Shown: positions 1 through 14,967, counted from the whole stretch's first letter. The stretch is DNA of 63,356 nucleotides, filler included, from Octopus bimaculoides (GCF_001194135.2; 4 parts of 4 records of this genome joined end to end with filler, not necessarily neighbours in it); one strand, 5' to 3'. The notes: generated by a model from the sequence alone, not told the origin. Program-made: numbers and translations.

Positions 1-69
1 GTGATGCTGTAAGTGACGGTCGCATACACGGAAACGTTATTTGTTAACGAACATGTCAGGGCGGTAATA

Positions 70-180
70 TGATGATGATGATGATGATGATGCTGATGAT
101 GATGACGATGATGATGAGGATGATGATGATGATGAGGAGGAGGAGGAGGAGGAGGGAGGGGATTAGGGTGCTAGTGGGGG

Positions 181-211
<31 letters not shown>

Positions 212-305
212 GAGAGGAGGAGGAGAGAGGGGATTAGGGTGGTAGTGGGGGTAATGATGATGGTGATAATTATGTTGATGATGACGACGACGATAATGTT
301 GATAT

Positions 306-348
<43 letters not shown>

Positions 349-365
349 AATTGTTGTAGCGATGA
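70..365. repeat. (GAT)n/(GAG)n low-complexity microsatellite tract
   Basis: Long runs of gatgatgat and gaggaggag; explains the poly-M and poly-I ORFs at 163-511. Confidence 0.95.
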
Positions 366-818
366 TAACGATGTTAGTGAAGATAGATCTAGTTAATGAT
401 AGAAAGAGAATTGTTTCTGTTATTGTGGTTGCTATTGCTGTCTTCTTGCTGCTGCTGCTGATGTTTTTAACCTTAGGCGATTTTAAGTTTCCACATGGCT
501 CCATTATCTAGCGGGACCTTTTCTCTTTTATCATGTAGAACGCAGTTGTAGGAGGACTTGATAGCTTTGTCTAGCATATGAAACGGCCGAAGAAGAGTTT
601 CACTGTTTGGATCTGGTGACATTGCTTGTTAATAGTGCCTGTGGTGTAAGTCATCGCCGGCGGTGTGGCCATCAGGAGCTTAAGACCTGTCCTTATATTG
701 CTATTAATATAGTGAGATGATTGTAGGGGGTCATTGTATTCGTGGCAGAGTTTTTGTTAAGTCTTGATCAAATAAACCATTGATCAAAGGCATTCCAATC
801 TGAACTTCTTGTCCCGAA

Positions 819-854
819 AGATAGATAGATAGATATATAGATATATATAGATAA

Positions 855-897
<43 letters not shown>

Positions 898-964
898 TAG
901 ATAGATAGATAGGTATAGAAAGATAGATGGCTAGATAGATAGATAGATAGATAGATATAGATAA

Positions 965-1011
<47 letters not shown>

Positions 1012-1012
1012 A
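819..1012. repeat. (GATA)n microsatellite
   Basis: About 190 bp of imperfect agat repeats. Confidence 0.95.
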
Positions 1013-1755
1013 ATACATTTCTTTTATTAGCCACACAGGGCTCAACGAAGATGGGACAAATACAATGTAGAGCTTTTCTTTTTGGGAGGGGGAAGGAANN
1101 NNNNNNNNNNNNNNNNNNNNNNNNNNNNNNNNNNNNNNNNNNNNNNNNNNNNNNNNNNNNNNNNNNNNNNNNNNNNNNNNNNNNNNNNNNNNNNNNNNNN
1201 NNNNNNNNNNNNNNNNNNNNNNNNNNNNNNNNNNNNNNNNNNNNNNNNNNNNNNNNNNNNNNNNNNNNNNNNNNNNNNNNNNNNNNNNNNNNNNNNNNNN
1301 NNNNNNNNNNNNNNNNNNNNNNNNNNNNNNNNNNNNNNNNNNNNNNNNNNNNNNNNNNNNNNNNNNNNNNNNNNNNNNNNNNNNNNNNNNNNNNNNNNNN
1401 NNNNNNNNNNNNNNNNNNNNNNNNNNNNNNNNNNNNNNNNNNNNNNNNNNNNNNNNNNNNNNNNNNNNNNNNNNNNNNNNNNNNNNNNNNNNNNNNNNNN
1501 NNNNNNNNNNNNNNNNNNNNNNNNNNNNNNNNNNNNNNNNNNNNNNNNNNNNNNNNNNNNNNNNNNNNNNNNNNNNNNNNNNNNNNNNNNNNNNNNNNNN
1601 NNNNNNNNNNNNNNNNNNNNNNNNNNNNNNNNNNNNNNNNNNNNNNNNNNNNNNNNNNNNNNNNNNNNNNNNNNNNNNNNNNNNNNNNNNNNNNNNNNNN
1701 NNNNNNNNNNNNNNNNNNNNNNNNNNNNNNNNNNNNNNNNNNNNNNNNNNNNNNN

Positions 1756-1822
<67 letters not shown>

Positions 1823-1825
<3 letters not shown>

Positions 1826-1975
1826 GACATACTTTCAGTTTCCGTCTACCAAGTCCACTCACAAAGCTTTGGTCGGCTACAGCAGAAGACACTTCTTCAA
1901 GCTGCCAGGCAGTGGGACTGAACCCGGAACCATATGGCTGGAAAGCAAGCTTCTTACTATATAGCCACGCCTGCA
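1823..1975 (-). mobile_element. tRNA-derived SINE, head/CORE-like part (abundant octopus-type family)
   Basis: Reverse complement reads GCAGGCGTGGCTATATAGTAAGAAGCTTGC...ATGGTTCCGGGTTCAGTCCCACTGC, with pol III A- and B-box-like motifs. Homologous to copies at 14968-15135, 53050-53190, 55750-55900, 57890-58050 and 60090-60245. Confidence 0.85.
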
Positions 1976-2984
1976 GCTATATATATATAAAACTACATCG
2001 CCTAATATTTTCTTACTTGCGTGATACATGACACACATTTACCTGCTACTTTTACCTGGTCGAGTGATTACTTTTACATTCTCTCAGTGACTCCCTTGTA
2101 AAGGATGGTAATAATGATTTAAAGATTCGAACAATGGTAGTGGATTGTCTGAGATTCAGGTCTAAACCTTGTTTGTTTCAAATAGTAATGACATTTTATT
2201 TAATGGTCGTGGTAGTCATAGAGGTGGCAGTTGTTGATGATTTTCTTGTCCGGCGATATTAATGACGTCTAAAGCTTGCACTTGTGTTATTGACCACCTC
2301 GTAGACGTACAATTAAAACTTTGTCACTTTATAATATATAATAGTACTTAAAAATTATAACAAACGTCAATATAAAGTATATATATGTGTGTTTAGAATG
2401 ACTATCATAACTGTTTTGCAATATAAATGTTTCAAATTCGACATACGATAATATTTTAAAATGTTATTGTAGGTTGACGCGTGTACACAGCCGTCAGTTA
2501 TAAAAAATAAATATAATTGGCAGCTGTCCAAGCATTGATGTAGTGGTGTCTGATGACCGATGAGTGGGGTTGGACTATTAGGTATCTATGTTTAGGTGGT
2601 GGTATATTATTCGCGGTGGCATAGACTTGATGGTGGTGCTGTTAGTGGTAGTAAAAATGCTACTGGGGTGGAGTTGGTCTTACGGAATTTGGGGATGCAA
2701 GATGATGAATCTTTTAGCGTTTAGTCAACTTTCATGAGTACCAAAGTGCGTCCAAAGGTAGTTTTGCCAGGTGCAATTGGTTGTTTGTGGTCCCCATCTA
2801 GCATTAGAGTACAGCTTCCTCTTCTCGTCAGAAATTCACAGAGCCCTTTCTTGGATTTCTGGGCTCGGACCGCTGTACACCTTCCCATAGGCCCTGGCCA
2901 TAATATTAGTACTTGCAAACGAGTCAATATTATTAACATAGTTAATACATCATCATCATGACTACTGGAAACGCATATTCGCTT

Positions 2985-3178
2985 TTACCAACGATTTTTA
3001 TATTGTTCTATATTTCAGAGATGAAGAATTACGTACGTTATTTACATTTTTTACATTCGACGGATATTTGTCCTCATCTTGTTTGTTGTTAACACAATGT
3101 TTCGGCTGATATACACCCTCCAGCTTTCTTCAAGGGAAATTTCGAACCTGGGTTCTCATTCCTAAGGTATTTTTCGAT
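2985..3178 (-). mobile_element. Short interspersed repeat carrying a degenerate hammerhead-like motif
   Basis: Minus strand 3133-3090: TTGAAGA A AGCTG-(12 nt)-CAGCC GAAAC ATTGTGTT. This resembles CUGANGA-stem II-GAAA with C3 mutated. The family assignment is from recollection. Confidence 0.45.
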
Positions 3179-3198
3179 GCTATTATTATTATTATTAC

Positions 3199-3252
<54 letters not shown>

Positions 3253-3610
3253 GACGACTTGAATATTATTATTATTACTGACGACTTGAATATGGAAACA
3301 AACACACACGCACAAATACACACACACACACTCGCATACACACACACGCATGCACACGCACGCACGCGCGCACACCCACACCCACATACGTGTGTGCGCG
3401 CGCGCGAATTGATTTAAGGTTATCGTTTGAACGCACGTTTAATTGCAACAGGAGCGTCTCCATAGATGGGTATACTCAGTATCAGTACTAACAGTAGAGT
3501 AACATTTATTGTAAAATTCATTTTCACTTGCTCTTAAGTTTCGACTAATGACTCATTAGTTATAGAAACTATTAGGCAGATATCAACGCCACAATAAAAA
3601 TGACATTTGT

Positions 3611-4442
3611 AATATATATATATTACGCATCTTCCCATATACACACATGGTTGCACACACACACTTTAGCCTGGTCACTGTTTTCCTTCCCTCTAGTCAG
3701 CCATACCTCCGACTGCTTCCTTCCTTCGGATGAATTCCGTTTCCCCCCCTCTCTCCAACAATTTGCTCTCTTCATTTCTTTNNNNNNNNNNNNNNNNNNN
3801 NNNNNNNNNNNNNNNNNNNNNNNNNNNNNNNNNNNNNNNNNNNNNNNNNNNNNNNNNNNNNNNNNNNNNNNNNNNNNNNNNNNNNNNNNNNNNNNNNNNN
3901 NNNNNNNNNNNNNNNNNNNNNNNNNNNNNNNNNNNNNNNNNNNNNNNNNNNNNNNNNNNNNNNNNNNNNNNNNNNNNNNNNNNNNNNNNNNNNNNNNNNN
4001 NNNNNNNNNNNNNNNNNNNNNNNNNNNNNNNNNNNNNNNNNNNNNNNNNNNNNNNNNNNNNNNNNNNNNNNNNNNNNNNNNNNNNNNNNNNNNNNNNNNN
4101 NNNNNNNNNNNNNNAGCATAAACAAAACAAATCTTTAGTTAATCGGATACGGTCGTTTCATGGTTAAGAGAATGAAAATTTCTCTATTCCAAATCTTCAG
4201 TCCGATATTCTGATAAATTTGAAAGTGTCTCTAAAAAAATTCACGGTAATTTTTGGCCATGCGACACCAAAAATATATATATATTACGCATCTTCCCATA
4301 TACACACATGGTTGCACACACACACTTTAGCCTGGTCACTGTTTTCCTTCCCTCTAGTCAGCCATACCTCCGACTGCTTCCTTCCTTCGGATGAATTCCG
4401 TTTCCCCCCCTCTCTCCAACAATTTGCTCTCTTCATTTCTTT
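3611..4442. repeat. Exact ~170-bp direct duplication (3611-3781 = 4272-4442) flanking an N gap
   Basis: Identical aatatatatatattacgcatcttccc...ctcttcatttcttt on both sides of gap 3782-4113. Confidence 0.9.
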
Positions 4443-4568
4443 CGCCAGAAGAGTGTAGGTTCGAATCCTCAAATGCTCTTCCATTTTTGCCGAGCATCAA
4501 ACTAATAAACCTTCTTTGTTGTTCCCTGATCTGTCTATGTCTTTTCTTTGTGTATACACATACGCAGT

Positions 4569-4953
4569 GGAGGCGCAATGGCCCAGTGGTTAGGGCAGCG
4601 GACTCGCGGTCATAGGACCGCGGTTTCGATTCCCAGACCGGGCGTTGTGAGTGTTTATTGAGTGAAAACACCAAAAGCTCCACGAGGATCCGGCAGGGGA
4701 TCGTGGCGAACCCTGCTTTACTCTTTCACCACAACTTTCTCTCACTCTTACTTCCTGTTTCTGTTGTGTCTGTAATTCAAAGGGTCAGCCTTGTCACACT
4801 GTGTCGCGCTGAATCTCCCCGAGAACTACGTTAAGGGTACACGTGTCTGTGGAGTGCTCAGCCACTTGCACATTAATTTCACGAGCAGGCTGTTCCGTTG
4901 ATAGGATCAACTGGAACCCTCGACGTCGTAAGCGACCGAGTGCCAACAACAAC
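4569..4953 (+). mobile_element. tRNA(Arg)-like-headed SINE, near full length
   Basis: GGAGGCGCAATGGCCCAGTGGTTAGG (A box), GACTCGCGGTC (anticodon-like arm, TCG) and GGTTTCGATTCCC (B box), then a non-tRNA body ending in a (CAA)n tail. Confidence 0.85.
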
Positions 4954-5446
4954 ACATACGCAAGCGCGCGCGCACACAGACACACACATGTATTTCAGGT
5001 ATCCACATAGAAATCTGTGTAATAAATTCGACTCAGTGTATACTGGTTGTCACGTGGCCATTTTAGAAAATCTGTCCAAAGTATCGCAAAATAGTAACGG
5101 TTTTGGAACCACATGATTGCGAAGTAAACTTTATGCTCAAATAGCAATGCCAACACCCATACTTTAAGGTGTACTCTTAAAACAAATTCATTAATAAATT
5201 ACTATTCTTCAGATGAGATTTTAATTAGTAATTTAAGATTTATCAGATGTTTTTGCTTCCCTCACCGGTTCTGTCTTCTTTATTCCGGAGACATATTTCT
5301 TTGTGCCTGAACGTTTGTCTATTACGTACGATCGCACATCACACAACCATCCATCCATCCATCCATCCATCCATCCTCATACGCTTATATAATGATTAAA
5401 TAACAAGGCAAAAACAAGTATCTTAATTATTTCGTTCTTTTATGAT

Positions 5447-5482
<36 letters not shown>

Positions 5483-5544
5483 GTAGTCAAGCCTAACCAA
5501 GAAATCTATATGATGAAAATAAGTACCACTTCTGCATCATCATT

Positions 5545-5552
5545 ATGATGAA

Positions 5553-5588
<36 letters not shown>

Positions 5589-6660
5589 AAGGAGGAGGAC
5601 GACAAAGACGATAATCATCATCATATCGCTAACACCACTACTGTCATTACCATTACCTCAACACTACAACCACAACCACCACCTCCTCCACCAACACCAC
5701 ACCAATACCACCACCACAACAACAACACCACACCACCACCACCACACCACCACCACCACCACCACCACCATCACAACAACAACAGCTACCACGACCACCA
5801 CGACCACCACAACAACAACAACAGCCACTACCACCACCACCACGACAACAACAACAACAACAGCCACCACGACTACCTTCGTGACTGACATCATTATTAC
5901 ACATTCCATTACTGACGTCACACACGTACCCTGTCCACCGCCGTTACTAACCAACAGCAGTATAACTACCATAACCACCATTCGTATTATTTCTATGGTC
6001 CCTACCAGCAACCGTCCGTCACTAATATCACCATCACCATCACTATCACTATCACTATCTCTATCGCCATTACTACTACGACTATCATCCCTATAGCAAC
6101 TATAGACCCGTCGTAAATGTGAATATTACCATTATGACGGCCGTCACCTTCGTTTTCGCTATAACCGAAATCTCCACTACTAAATCTATCAACACCATAA
6201 TTACGAAGACCACAGTGACATCTTCCAACGTTATCATCAGCAACAACACCACTACCATCTTTCTAAGCTGATATTATCTTGCTAGCACCGTCATCAGCAG
6301 CATCAACAGTATCTCCGCCATCGCTATCTACTGTGGCCGCTATCAACACCATCTCTGTACCAATATCCTCATCCTTGCATCTACTTACTGTCAACTACAT
6401 CGTAACACCTCCATTACCACTTTCACCGATACAGCGACGACGACGACGACAATGACGACGACGACGATGACGACGACGACGGCGATGATGATGACGATGA
6501 TCACGACCATGACCATGACGATGACGACGACCATTCCTACCACCGACACAATCACGCCATTACCTTCACCCACCGTCGCCATCCTCGCCAGCACCACAGT
6601 CACCGCTACAGCCGTCGCCATACAGCCATCGCCACCATCCTCACCACCACCATGACAAAC
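5545..6660. repeat. Cryptically simple triplet region (GAT, ACC, ACA, GAC, ATC repeats)
   Basis: Alternating triplet runs generate the poly-T, poly-V, poly-C/G and poly-M ORFs on both strands. Confidence 0.9.
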
Positions 6661-7423
6661 AACCCAATTAATAAGCACACTGTAGCACACGGCATAACGT
6701 CGAACTAAGAAGCGTAGCCAGATCGATAAGTAGATCAAATCGATCAGTCGGTGAAGTCATCATCAATCGATATAGAGCGTACATCAGCTTGTGTCAGTGA
6801 TTTGAGACGACTGCAGCAGACCGTGACCATCGCAACATCATAAGTTGGTTAACTGGCTTCGCTCTTATCACGTGGCATTTCTCACAACTAACTCACTAGC
6901 TATTACACCTATCTCATCTATTCTATCCAGTCACCATACAGTTTTCAAAGCTCTCTTCAACCCTCACTGACTCACGTATCTCTTATCTTACAGGCAATGT
7001 CAGGAAAGTTGCCACCAATAAATTGGTGATTCTTACCAGCAACTACCTCAACATACTTAGCTTTAGTGGTTAATTTTTTTCTCTTTTCCACCTAAGATTT
7101 CTCAGCTTCTCAAGTCGCAAAGTAGGTCAGGTATACTATCTTAATTATCCATTACGGAAGTGTTAAATCTCTTTCAAACTAAACATTTACTGTCTGAAGA
7201 TAGGAGTTTTAGTCTGTCGATTTGATTCCAATACTTGTTTTTAAGCCTTGTACTTTATCGGCATCAATTTGTCGAAGCGCTACTTTTTACGAGACATACA
7301 CACAAGGCACCGTATTTCAAGATTTCAAGTAGTATTAGCTTAAAGACAGACGTGAAAATACACGTAAATACACACACACACACAGACACACACAGAGACG
7401 CACACACACACGCACACACACAC

Positions 7424-7497
<74 letters not shown>

Positions 7498-7542
7498 CAC
7501 TGACACAGAGAAACTTAGAAATTACTGTCAATATTTTCTTGA

Positions 7543-7650
7543 ACTGGCAGAATCGTTAGCATGCCTCGCAAAATCATTAGCACTATTTCGGCTGGCTTTA
7601 CGTTCTGAGTTCAAACACCACTGAGGCCGATTTTACCTTTCATTCTTCCA
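7543..7650 (+). mobile_element. Decayed 5' part of a Deu/Nin-like-domain SINE
   Basis: gaactggcagaatcgttagc...gagttcaaa...gaggccgattttacctttcat aligns by eye to 9783-9900. Confidence 0.7.
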
Positions 7651-8869
7651 GAGCAGACAACTTGGAAATTACCGGCTTTCTACCAAAGTTTGAAATCAAT
7701 ATTTTCTTCGAATATATATATAAAAAAAAAATCCGAATGCTTTTTGATCATATGTCTCATCGAACTACGTTGACTCATGCGCAATAAGTTAGCAAGCACC
7801 TGACCAACCAACCAACCAACTAACCAACCAATCTCAGTAAAAAAAAAAAAAAATCCCAAAACAAGATCACTACATCTATTCTATTTGTAACCGTGGCTAA
7901 AATACGTTAATTGCCCTTGTGCTTCGCTATCTTAACAAAATCAACAAAACCAATATAGATCACGTGACTCATTTCTTTCAAACCTTACATCAGGTAGGTT
8001 CATTGAGCGACAACAATTGTTTTTGCTCTTTAGCCAAGTCGGTTGACTTAGGATGAAAGAAAATCCACCCGTAACTGTCATGTCTTTTTAAGAGTTACCA
8101 GAAACTGCATTATCTAACATCCTTTTTTTTATTACTTAAAGTGACAGGAAACCATTTGAGGTAAAAATTAATTACTATTTCTTGCTGGTCAAGTGACCAT
8201 GCAGAGGCTCCTTCGATGGCTTAAAACCACCACTGATTTTGTGAAGAACAAGAACATCTTTATTCAGCAGATCCTTGGTCAAAGACATTTCTTATGGTTC
8301 TGTCACCTCTCTTCGTTTCAAATATGGAATGTATTGTATGGGAAATTTTGGTGCCATGACTAGAAGATTGAGTGATCACACCGAGGATCTTTCTTTTGCG
8401 CTTGGCTACAATTGCTGTTTGTCAGTTACTCAACCAGAGAATTTAAGTTAACTTCTTTAGCTTTAAGGACATTTCTGAGTAAATGAAAGAAGCTATCCCA
8501 GCAATATCTAATATACTACATATTGTCAACTTCATACAGCTCGAGTAACTTCATCAGAAAAATTAATATCATTACTGGGGAGATGATCTCATCCTATTTA
8601 ACCGCCCTAGATGTTTAATCCATCACCATCACTTCTCGTTTAGTATCTAGTCAGCTGTCATTGACGGAAGGCATTCCGACTGTAACCATCCTCCTGTTTT
8701 TTTTTTTGTATATTACAGACTACATCGTCTAATGTTACTTTCACTTTCAAATGATAGGGTATGATTTCTGGAAGTTTGATTGCTGTCTCAAACAGCTGGA
8801 GTGACCGCGTTGCAGACTTCTCGTTGACTTGTGAAACTAATATGTATGTGAGTGTATGTGTGTGCGTAC

Positions 8870-8900
<31 letters not shown>

Positions 8901-9070
8901 TATGTGTGTGTGTGTGAGTGTGTGCGTGTGTCGGTGTGCGACTCAGTGTTTGTATGTGTAAGTATGTTTATTTATGAGTGGGAGTGTGATCTGTATCTCT
9001 CCCCTCTCTCTTTTTCTTTCTCTTTACACCTCTTTCTGTATGTATATATATAAATTCACACACACACACA

Positions 9071-9118
<48 letters not shown>

Positions 9119-9782
9119 TATAAATATATACATCATGATGATGATGATGAGGATGGTAACGTCATCTTTTCTTTGGTTATCTTATTATTCATATGAGGCG
9201 ACAAAGCATTTGTATACGATTTGATTATAGGGACATAGGCTTGTACGACACGTATTCCACATTCTAAGATGCCTTAGCTTAATATCAAGGTGTATGCAAG
9301 AGCAAGATGACCGAAAATTATTTGAAATGTAGGTTTTAATTAAGAGGGCCATCTTTAAGATTTTTCAAATAAAAAGATCAACACAAAATCCGTTGGTATC
9401 TGTCCTTGAAGTTTTCCTTCACCAAATTCTTTTACTGATTGCCCAGGCATAAGCTTGGATATTTTTATACTCTCAAGCACACACAAACACACACATGCAT
9501 GCATAATACACATTAATACACATATAGATTCAGGTTTGCATTTAAGAGTTTTCTATCTTTGTCAGCTAAGACGAAAGAGCAAATATCAGCGCCTGGAATG
9601 GAGATTTATTCTACGCCAGATATCAGTCTTGTAACAAAAAGGTTTTTTTTGCCCAAGAACTATGTACCGAGAATCTTCTTTCACATTGCGTCGTACTTTG
9701 GCAAAATAAAATCTTAATACCCTCCAATCAACGTACGTCTAGTTAGTAAAATTGGGTTGACAGAAACTACGTACATTCACAA

Positions 9783-10013
9783 AGCGGCGAGCTGGCAGAA
9801 ACGTTAGCACGCCGGGCGAAATGTTTAGCGGTATTTCGTCTGTCTTTATGTTTTGAGTTCAAATTCCGCCGAGGTCGACTTTGCCTTTCATACTTTCGAG
9901 GTCGATTAATTAAGTACCAGTTACGCACTGGGGTCGATTTAATCGACTTAATCCCTTTGTCCTTGTTTGTCCCCTCTATGTTTAGCCCCTTGTGGGCAAT
10001 AAAGAAATAAGAA
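9783..10013 (+). mobile_element. tRNA-derived SINE with Deu/Nin-like central domain
   Basis: GGCGAGCTGGCAGAAACGTTAGC head, GAGTTCAAATTCC B box, CCGAGGTCGACTTTGCCTTTCAT...AAGTACCAG...GGGGTCGAT body and AATAAAGAAATAAGAA tail. The domain name is from recollection. Confidence 0.8.
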
Positions 10014-10905
10014 ACTACGTACATTCATGCACACACACTCATACATACATGCATATATATAAGTGCAGATTCAGCCATTTAATGCGAAGAAAAACAAATG
10101 ATATGTACAATGTAAGATATTAAAAATATGGAGTAATGTAGCATTTAAAGAGAACCTGAAGTACTCGTGTTCTTATAGCCATGTTTATTGTTTCAAACCA
10201 GATCATCGCGGATCAAGCACATCTAAGATAAAAGAACTCCCAGCTATGATCATTTCCCAGATATAGCATATATCCTTCTTATTTTAAAATAAAAAAATAC
10301 GATTTGAAATAGGTAGTTGGGACTGCTAGAAATATCCCTCAAATGAAGACAGACGATTTTAGAGAAAGGACATATTGAACAAATTAATACTTGCACAGCG
10401 TGTCTGAAAAACAAAGGCAAAATAAAACTACTTTTACGGTCTGAACATATTTCATCACAGGTATGTTTGAGCATGGCGGTTTAGACATCCTTTATTATAA
10501 TGTGGTTAACAAATCGACTCGAACCTTGCATCCTTGTCAACATATTTTAACTGATGTCTATATAATTATTAAAGCATCTACGAGTTTATCCAACATTTCA
10601 CTACTCCAAACATAACATAATGAATAAAATATTTGAATATGAATAGAAAGAAGTATTGATTAAGTTAGGTATTACGAAAATATGCCACGAGACAAAGTGA
10701 GCCTCTCATTCATGTGTATATGTATGAGCACGTGTGTTTGTGCATGAAGGGGACGCTTCTATGTGGCCTGCTTGTTTGTTGCACCTTGTTTACCATTTTT
10801 GTCCTTGTTCTTTTGCCACGTCATGTACCCAGTTATGTATCTATGTGTACATGTGGATGAACGTATATACATACATGTACATGTACATGCATATACTCAT
10901 ATATT

Positions 10906-10949
<44 letters not shown>

Positions 10950-11233
10950 ATATACATTACATGTATGTACATGTACATATGTATGTACATACATTACGTG
11001 TACATATGCATCTGTCTATATAGGTATGCATAGAATTATGTACGCATGTATTTATGAATTAAAAGCTACACTTTGGTCTGCGTTGCCTGAAGTTTCATAG
11101 GTGCAGACTGTGTACGCAATGACAAATGTAGAAAGTGAGAGGGCTGTACATCTGAGCACGTGGACTAGCTCGTTGCCTACAGAGGAGTGTAATGTGGCGT
11201 CGATTTAACCTTATATATTTATATATATATATA

Positions 11234-11304
<71 letters not shown>

Positions 11305-11452
11305 ACGTACACATATTGTATCAATTCAAGTACCTAATGTTTGAAAGTTTAGAAAAACTTAAACGTAATTAGTTCCCTTTTAAGAGTAAATGTTCCAAGA
11401 TTATATCCATGACAGACAGTTACATTGACGTACACTCAAATAAAGAAGTATT

Positions 11453-11525
<73 letters not shown>

Positions 11526-13015
11526 NNNNNNNNNNNNNNNNNNNNNNNNNNNNNNNNNNNNNNNNNNNNNNNNNNNNNNNNNNNNNNNNNNNNNNNNNNN
11601 NNNNNNNNNNNNNNNNNNNNNNNNNNNNNNNNNNNNNNNNNNNNNNNNNNNNNNNNNNNNNNNNNNNNNNNNNNNNNNNNNNNNNNNNNNNNNNNNNNNN
11701 NNNNNNNNNNNNNNNNNNNNNNNNNNNNNNNNNNNNNNNNNNNNNNNNNNNNNNNNNNNNNNNNNNNNNNNNNNNNNNNNNNNNNNNNNNNNNNNNNNNN
11801 NNNNNNNNNNNNNNNNNNNNNNNNNNNNNNNNNNNNNNNNNNNNNNNNNNNNNNNNNNNNNNNNNNNNNNNNNNNNNNNNNNNNNNNNNNNNNNNNNNNN
11901 NNNNNNNNNNNNNNNNNNNNNNNNNNNNNNNNNNNNNNNNNNNNNNNNNNNNNNNNNNNNNNNNNNNNNNNNNNNNNNNNNNNNNNNNNNNNNNNNNNNN
12001 NNNNNNNNNNNNNNNNNNNNNNNNNNNNNNNNNNNNNNNNNNNNNNNNNNNNNNNNNNNNNNNNNNNNNNNNNNNNNNNNNNNNNNNNNNNNNNNNNNNN
12101 NNNNNNNNNNNNNNNNNNNNNNNNNNNNNNNNNNNNNNNNNNNNNNNNNNNNNNNNNNNNNNNNNNNNNNNNNNNNNNNNNNNNNNNNNNNNNNNNNNNN
12201 NNNNNNNNNNNNNNNNNNNNNNNNNNATATATACATACATATATATTTATATATACATACATGTGTGTGTGTGTATGTATATGCACTCCCTTATATACAG
12301 ACAGAAGAAAGAGATGAAGTAAGATAAAAGTATAGAGTGGCGATGCAAAGTATTTAAACTTATATATGTCGCATTTTTGTATATTTTTTGTTATTATTTT
12401 ATCAGAATTTGGAATAGTAGTTTACAGGAAAATTCATTTCACGTTATAGGTTTTTGTCGTCTTTTATTATCAGGAACTTGTACAGTCCTTCATTGTTGAA
12501 ACATCAATAAACAGAAGCAAAAATAATGTAGAGAAAACCATATTTATAGAAATAATAACCAATGACATGAAAATAAATACGCACAGATCTGCATCCATAA
12601 AATCGCAACCATATGAACACTGATTAGAAAATCGATGAATTTGTTCTTCAAAAATCTAATAAGACATAAAAACAGAGTGCATTAACCAAAATAACAAACT
12701 GCAATCAATCAATCAATCAATTAATACATACATATACACGCATATGTACACAATCATATATATACACACTCACTCAGACACGCACACACACACATCTGTT
12801 TAAATATATAAACACTAGATACATATACATAAATTTGGATTTGTATCACTACACATACATGCGTAAATATATGTATCTGTGCCTGTCTGTGCTTCTATTG
12901 GTGCATAGATGCATGTGTATGTAAGTGCAAATAATTGCAAACGTATGTATGAATCCATGCATACCTGTTAACATATGTGCTACTTTTTTTGCATGTATAT
13001 CTGTGTATATATGTA

Positions 13016-13066
<51 letters not shown>

Positions 13067-13656
13067 GTATACATATATACATATATACATACATACATAC
13101 ACATGTATTCATATTCACAAGCACACGCACAGACACCCCTGCCCACACACCCAACACATTTATAAATTTTTTAACGATTTTACAGATTTCCTTACTAACC
13201 TTTCATGTTTTGTTTGGAACAATGAATTTCCGAGGTCAATCTAAATTTTCTGTAACGTCACCTTCAGGAATACCGAAAAAGTCTCCAAACAAATGTTATT
13301 TAAGCCACACAAAAAAAAAAAAAAACTTGCTGTAAAATTAATGATTTTTCTATTGGACATGACACATACAACATACCATATACTATATACATGTATTAAT
13401 TCGTCATGTTCATTCATAAGACTATATAAATCTATGTATGTGTGTATGTATCTATCTATATGTATGTGTGTAAGTGTGTAATTGTATGTGTAATTGTGTG
13501 TGTGTGTGTGCGTGCGTGTATGTGTGTGTGTGTGTATTTATACACGCACATACTGGCATGAACTACATATATGGCATGTATATATATGTATGAGTTCGTA
13601 TATATATATTGGCATGAACTATATATATTACATATGTATATATATGTATGAATTCG

Positions 13657-13737
<81 letters not shown>

Positions 13738-14540
13738 ATACATGATCGGGTATAAATATTATATTTTCTCTCCTTTTGCTCTCATTTTATAATGCCCTTC
13801 TTTCTCTTTCTCCCTTTTATGCCGCCCCCTCCTACTGATATCCACATACGTTTCTGTCAGGTTTTTGTCTAAGTGTCGCATTGACCATATGCGTCCAATA
13901 TTTCACACTGTTCAGGTTGGCCTTAGATAAAAGTCTTTCTTTGTATATTTCCCCCGCTTCGCTGGTATTTTCTCAGTTTATCACCTTCGAAAACCACCTT
14001 TGTTTATTTGCTGTATTTGTTTTGGGCACCAACCTCACGTTTCCGTTCGGTAGCTTTAGCCTGTGTGTTTTCAGTGGAAAGACTTTTATAGTCATTTTGT
14101 ATTGTTTGAAACGCGGCACTTTTCAGACGAGAGATATCTAACTTTGCGAAGCGCAGAAATCGAACAGAATAGGAATTGGCTGCGGTTTGTCCTATCTATT
14201 TTTCTCCTTTCGATTGATTGTAAAACGTCCCTCACCATTAAGCAGATACGTTTTTGTGTGTGCATATAATTATGTGTGGATATAAGTCTGTATCTGTATG
14301 TATATGTTTGTGTAAGTATGCATATATGTGAGAGTATGTACGTATACACCCATACACACTCACATACACAAAGTATGTAGGCTTGGTGTTTTTCAGGCAA
14401 TAGCATACATTTATTTTCCAGATAAAGTTAAATGTATACAAATGTGTCTCATATAATGTAATCTAGATGCTTCGATTTTACTATATTTCACTTTCACACA
14501 TGAAAGTGTATGAATGTATTTATATTTATACTATTTTACT

Positions 14541-14917
14541 TTATTACTTGTTTCAGTCATTTGACTGCGGCCATGCTGGAGCACCGCCTTTAGTCGGGCA
14601 AATCGACCCCAGGACTTATTCTTTGTAAGCCTAGTACTTATTCTATCGGTCTCTTTGGCCGAACCGCTAAGTTACGGGGACCTAAATACACCAGCATCGG
14701 TTTGCAAGCCATGTTGGAGGGACAAACACAGACACACAAACATACACACGCACATACATACATACATATAACATACATATATATATATATATATATATAN
14801 NNNNNNNNNNNNNNNNNNNNNNNNNNNNNNNNNNNNNNNNNNNNNNNNNNNNNNNNNNNNNNNNNNNNNNNNNNNNNNNNNNNNNNNNNNNNNNNNNNNN
14901 NNNNNNNNNTATATTTT

Positions 14918-14967
<50 letters not shown>

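Noticed and set aside
4569-4645. Possible tRNA-Arg gene
   Set aside because: No convincing acceptor-stem pairing or T-run terminator; it continues into a SINE body and (CAA)n tail.
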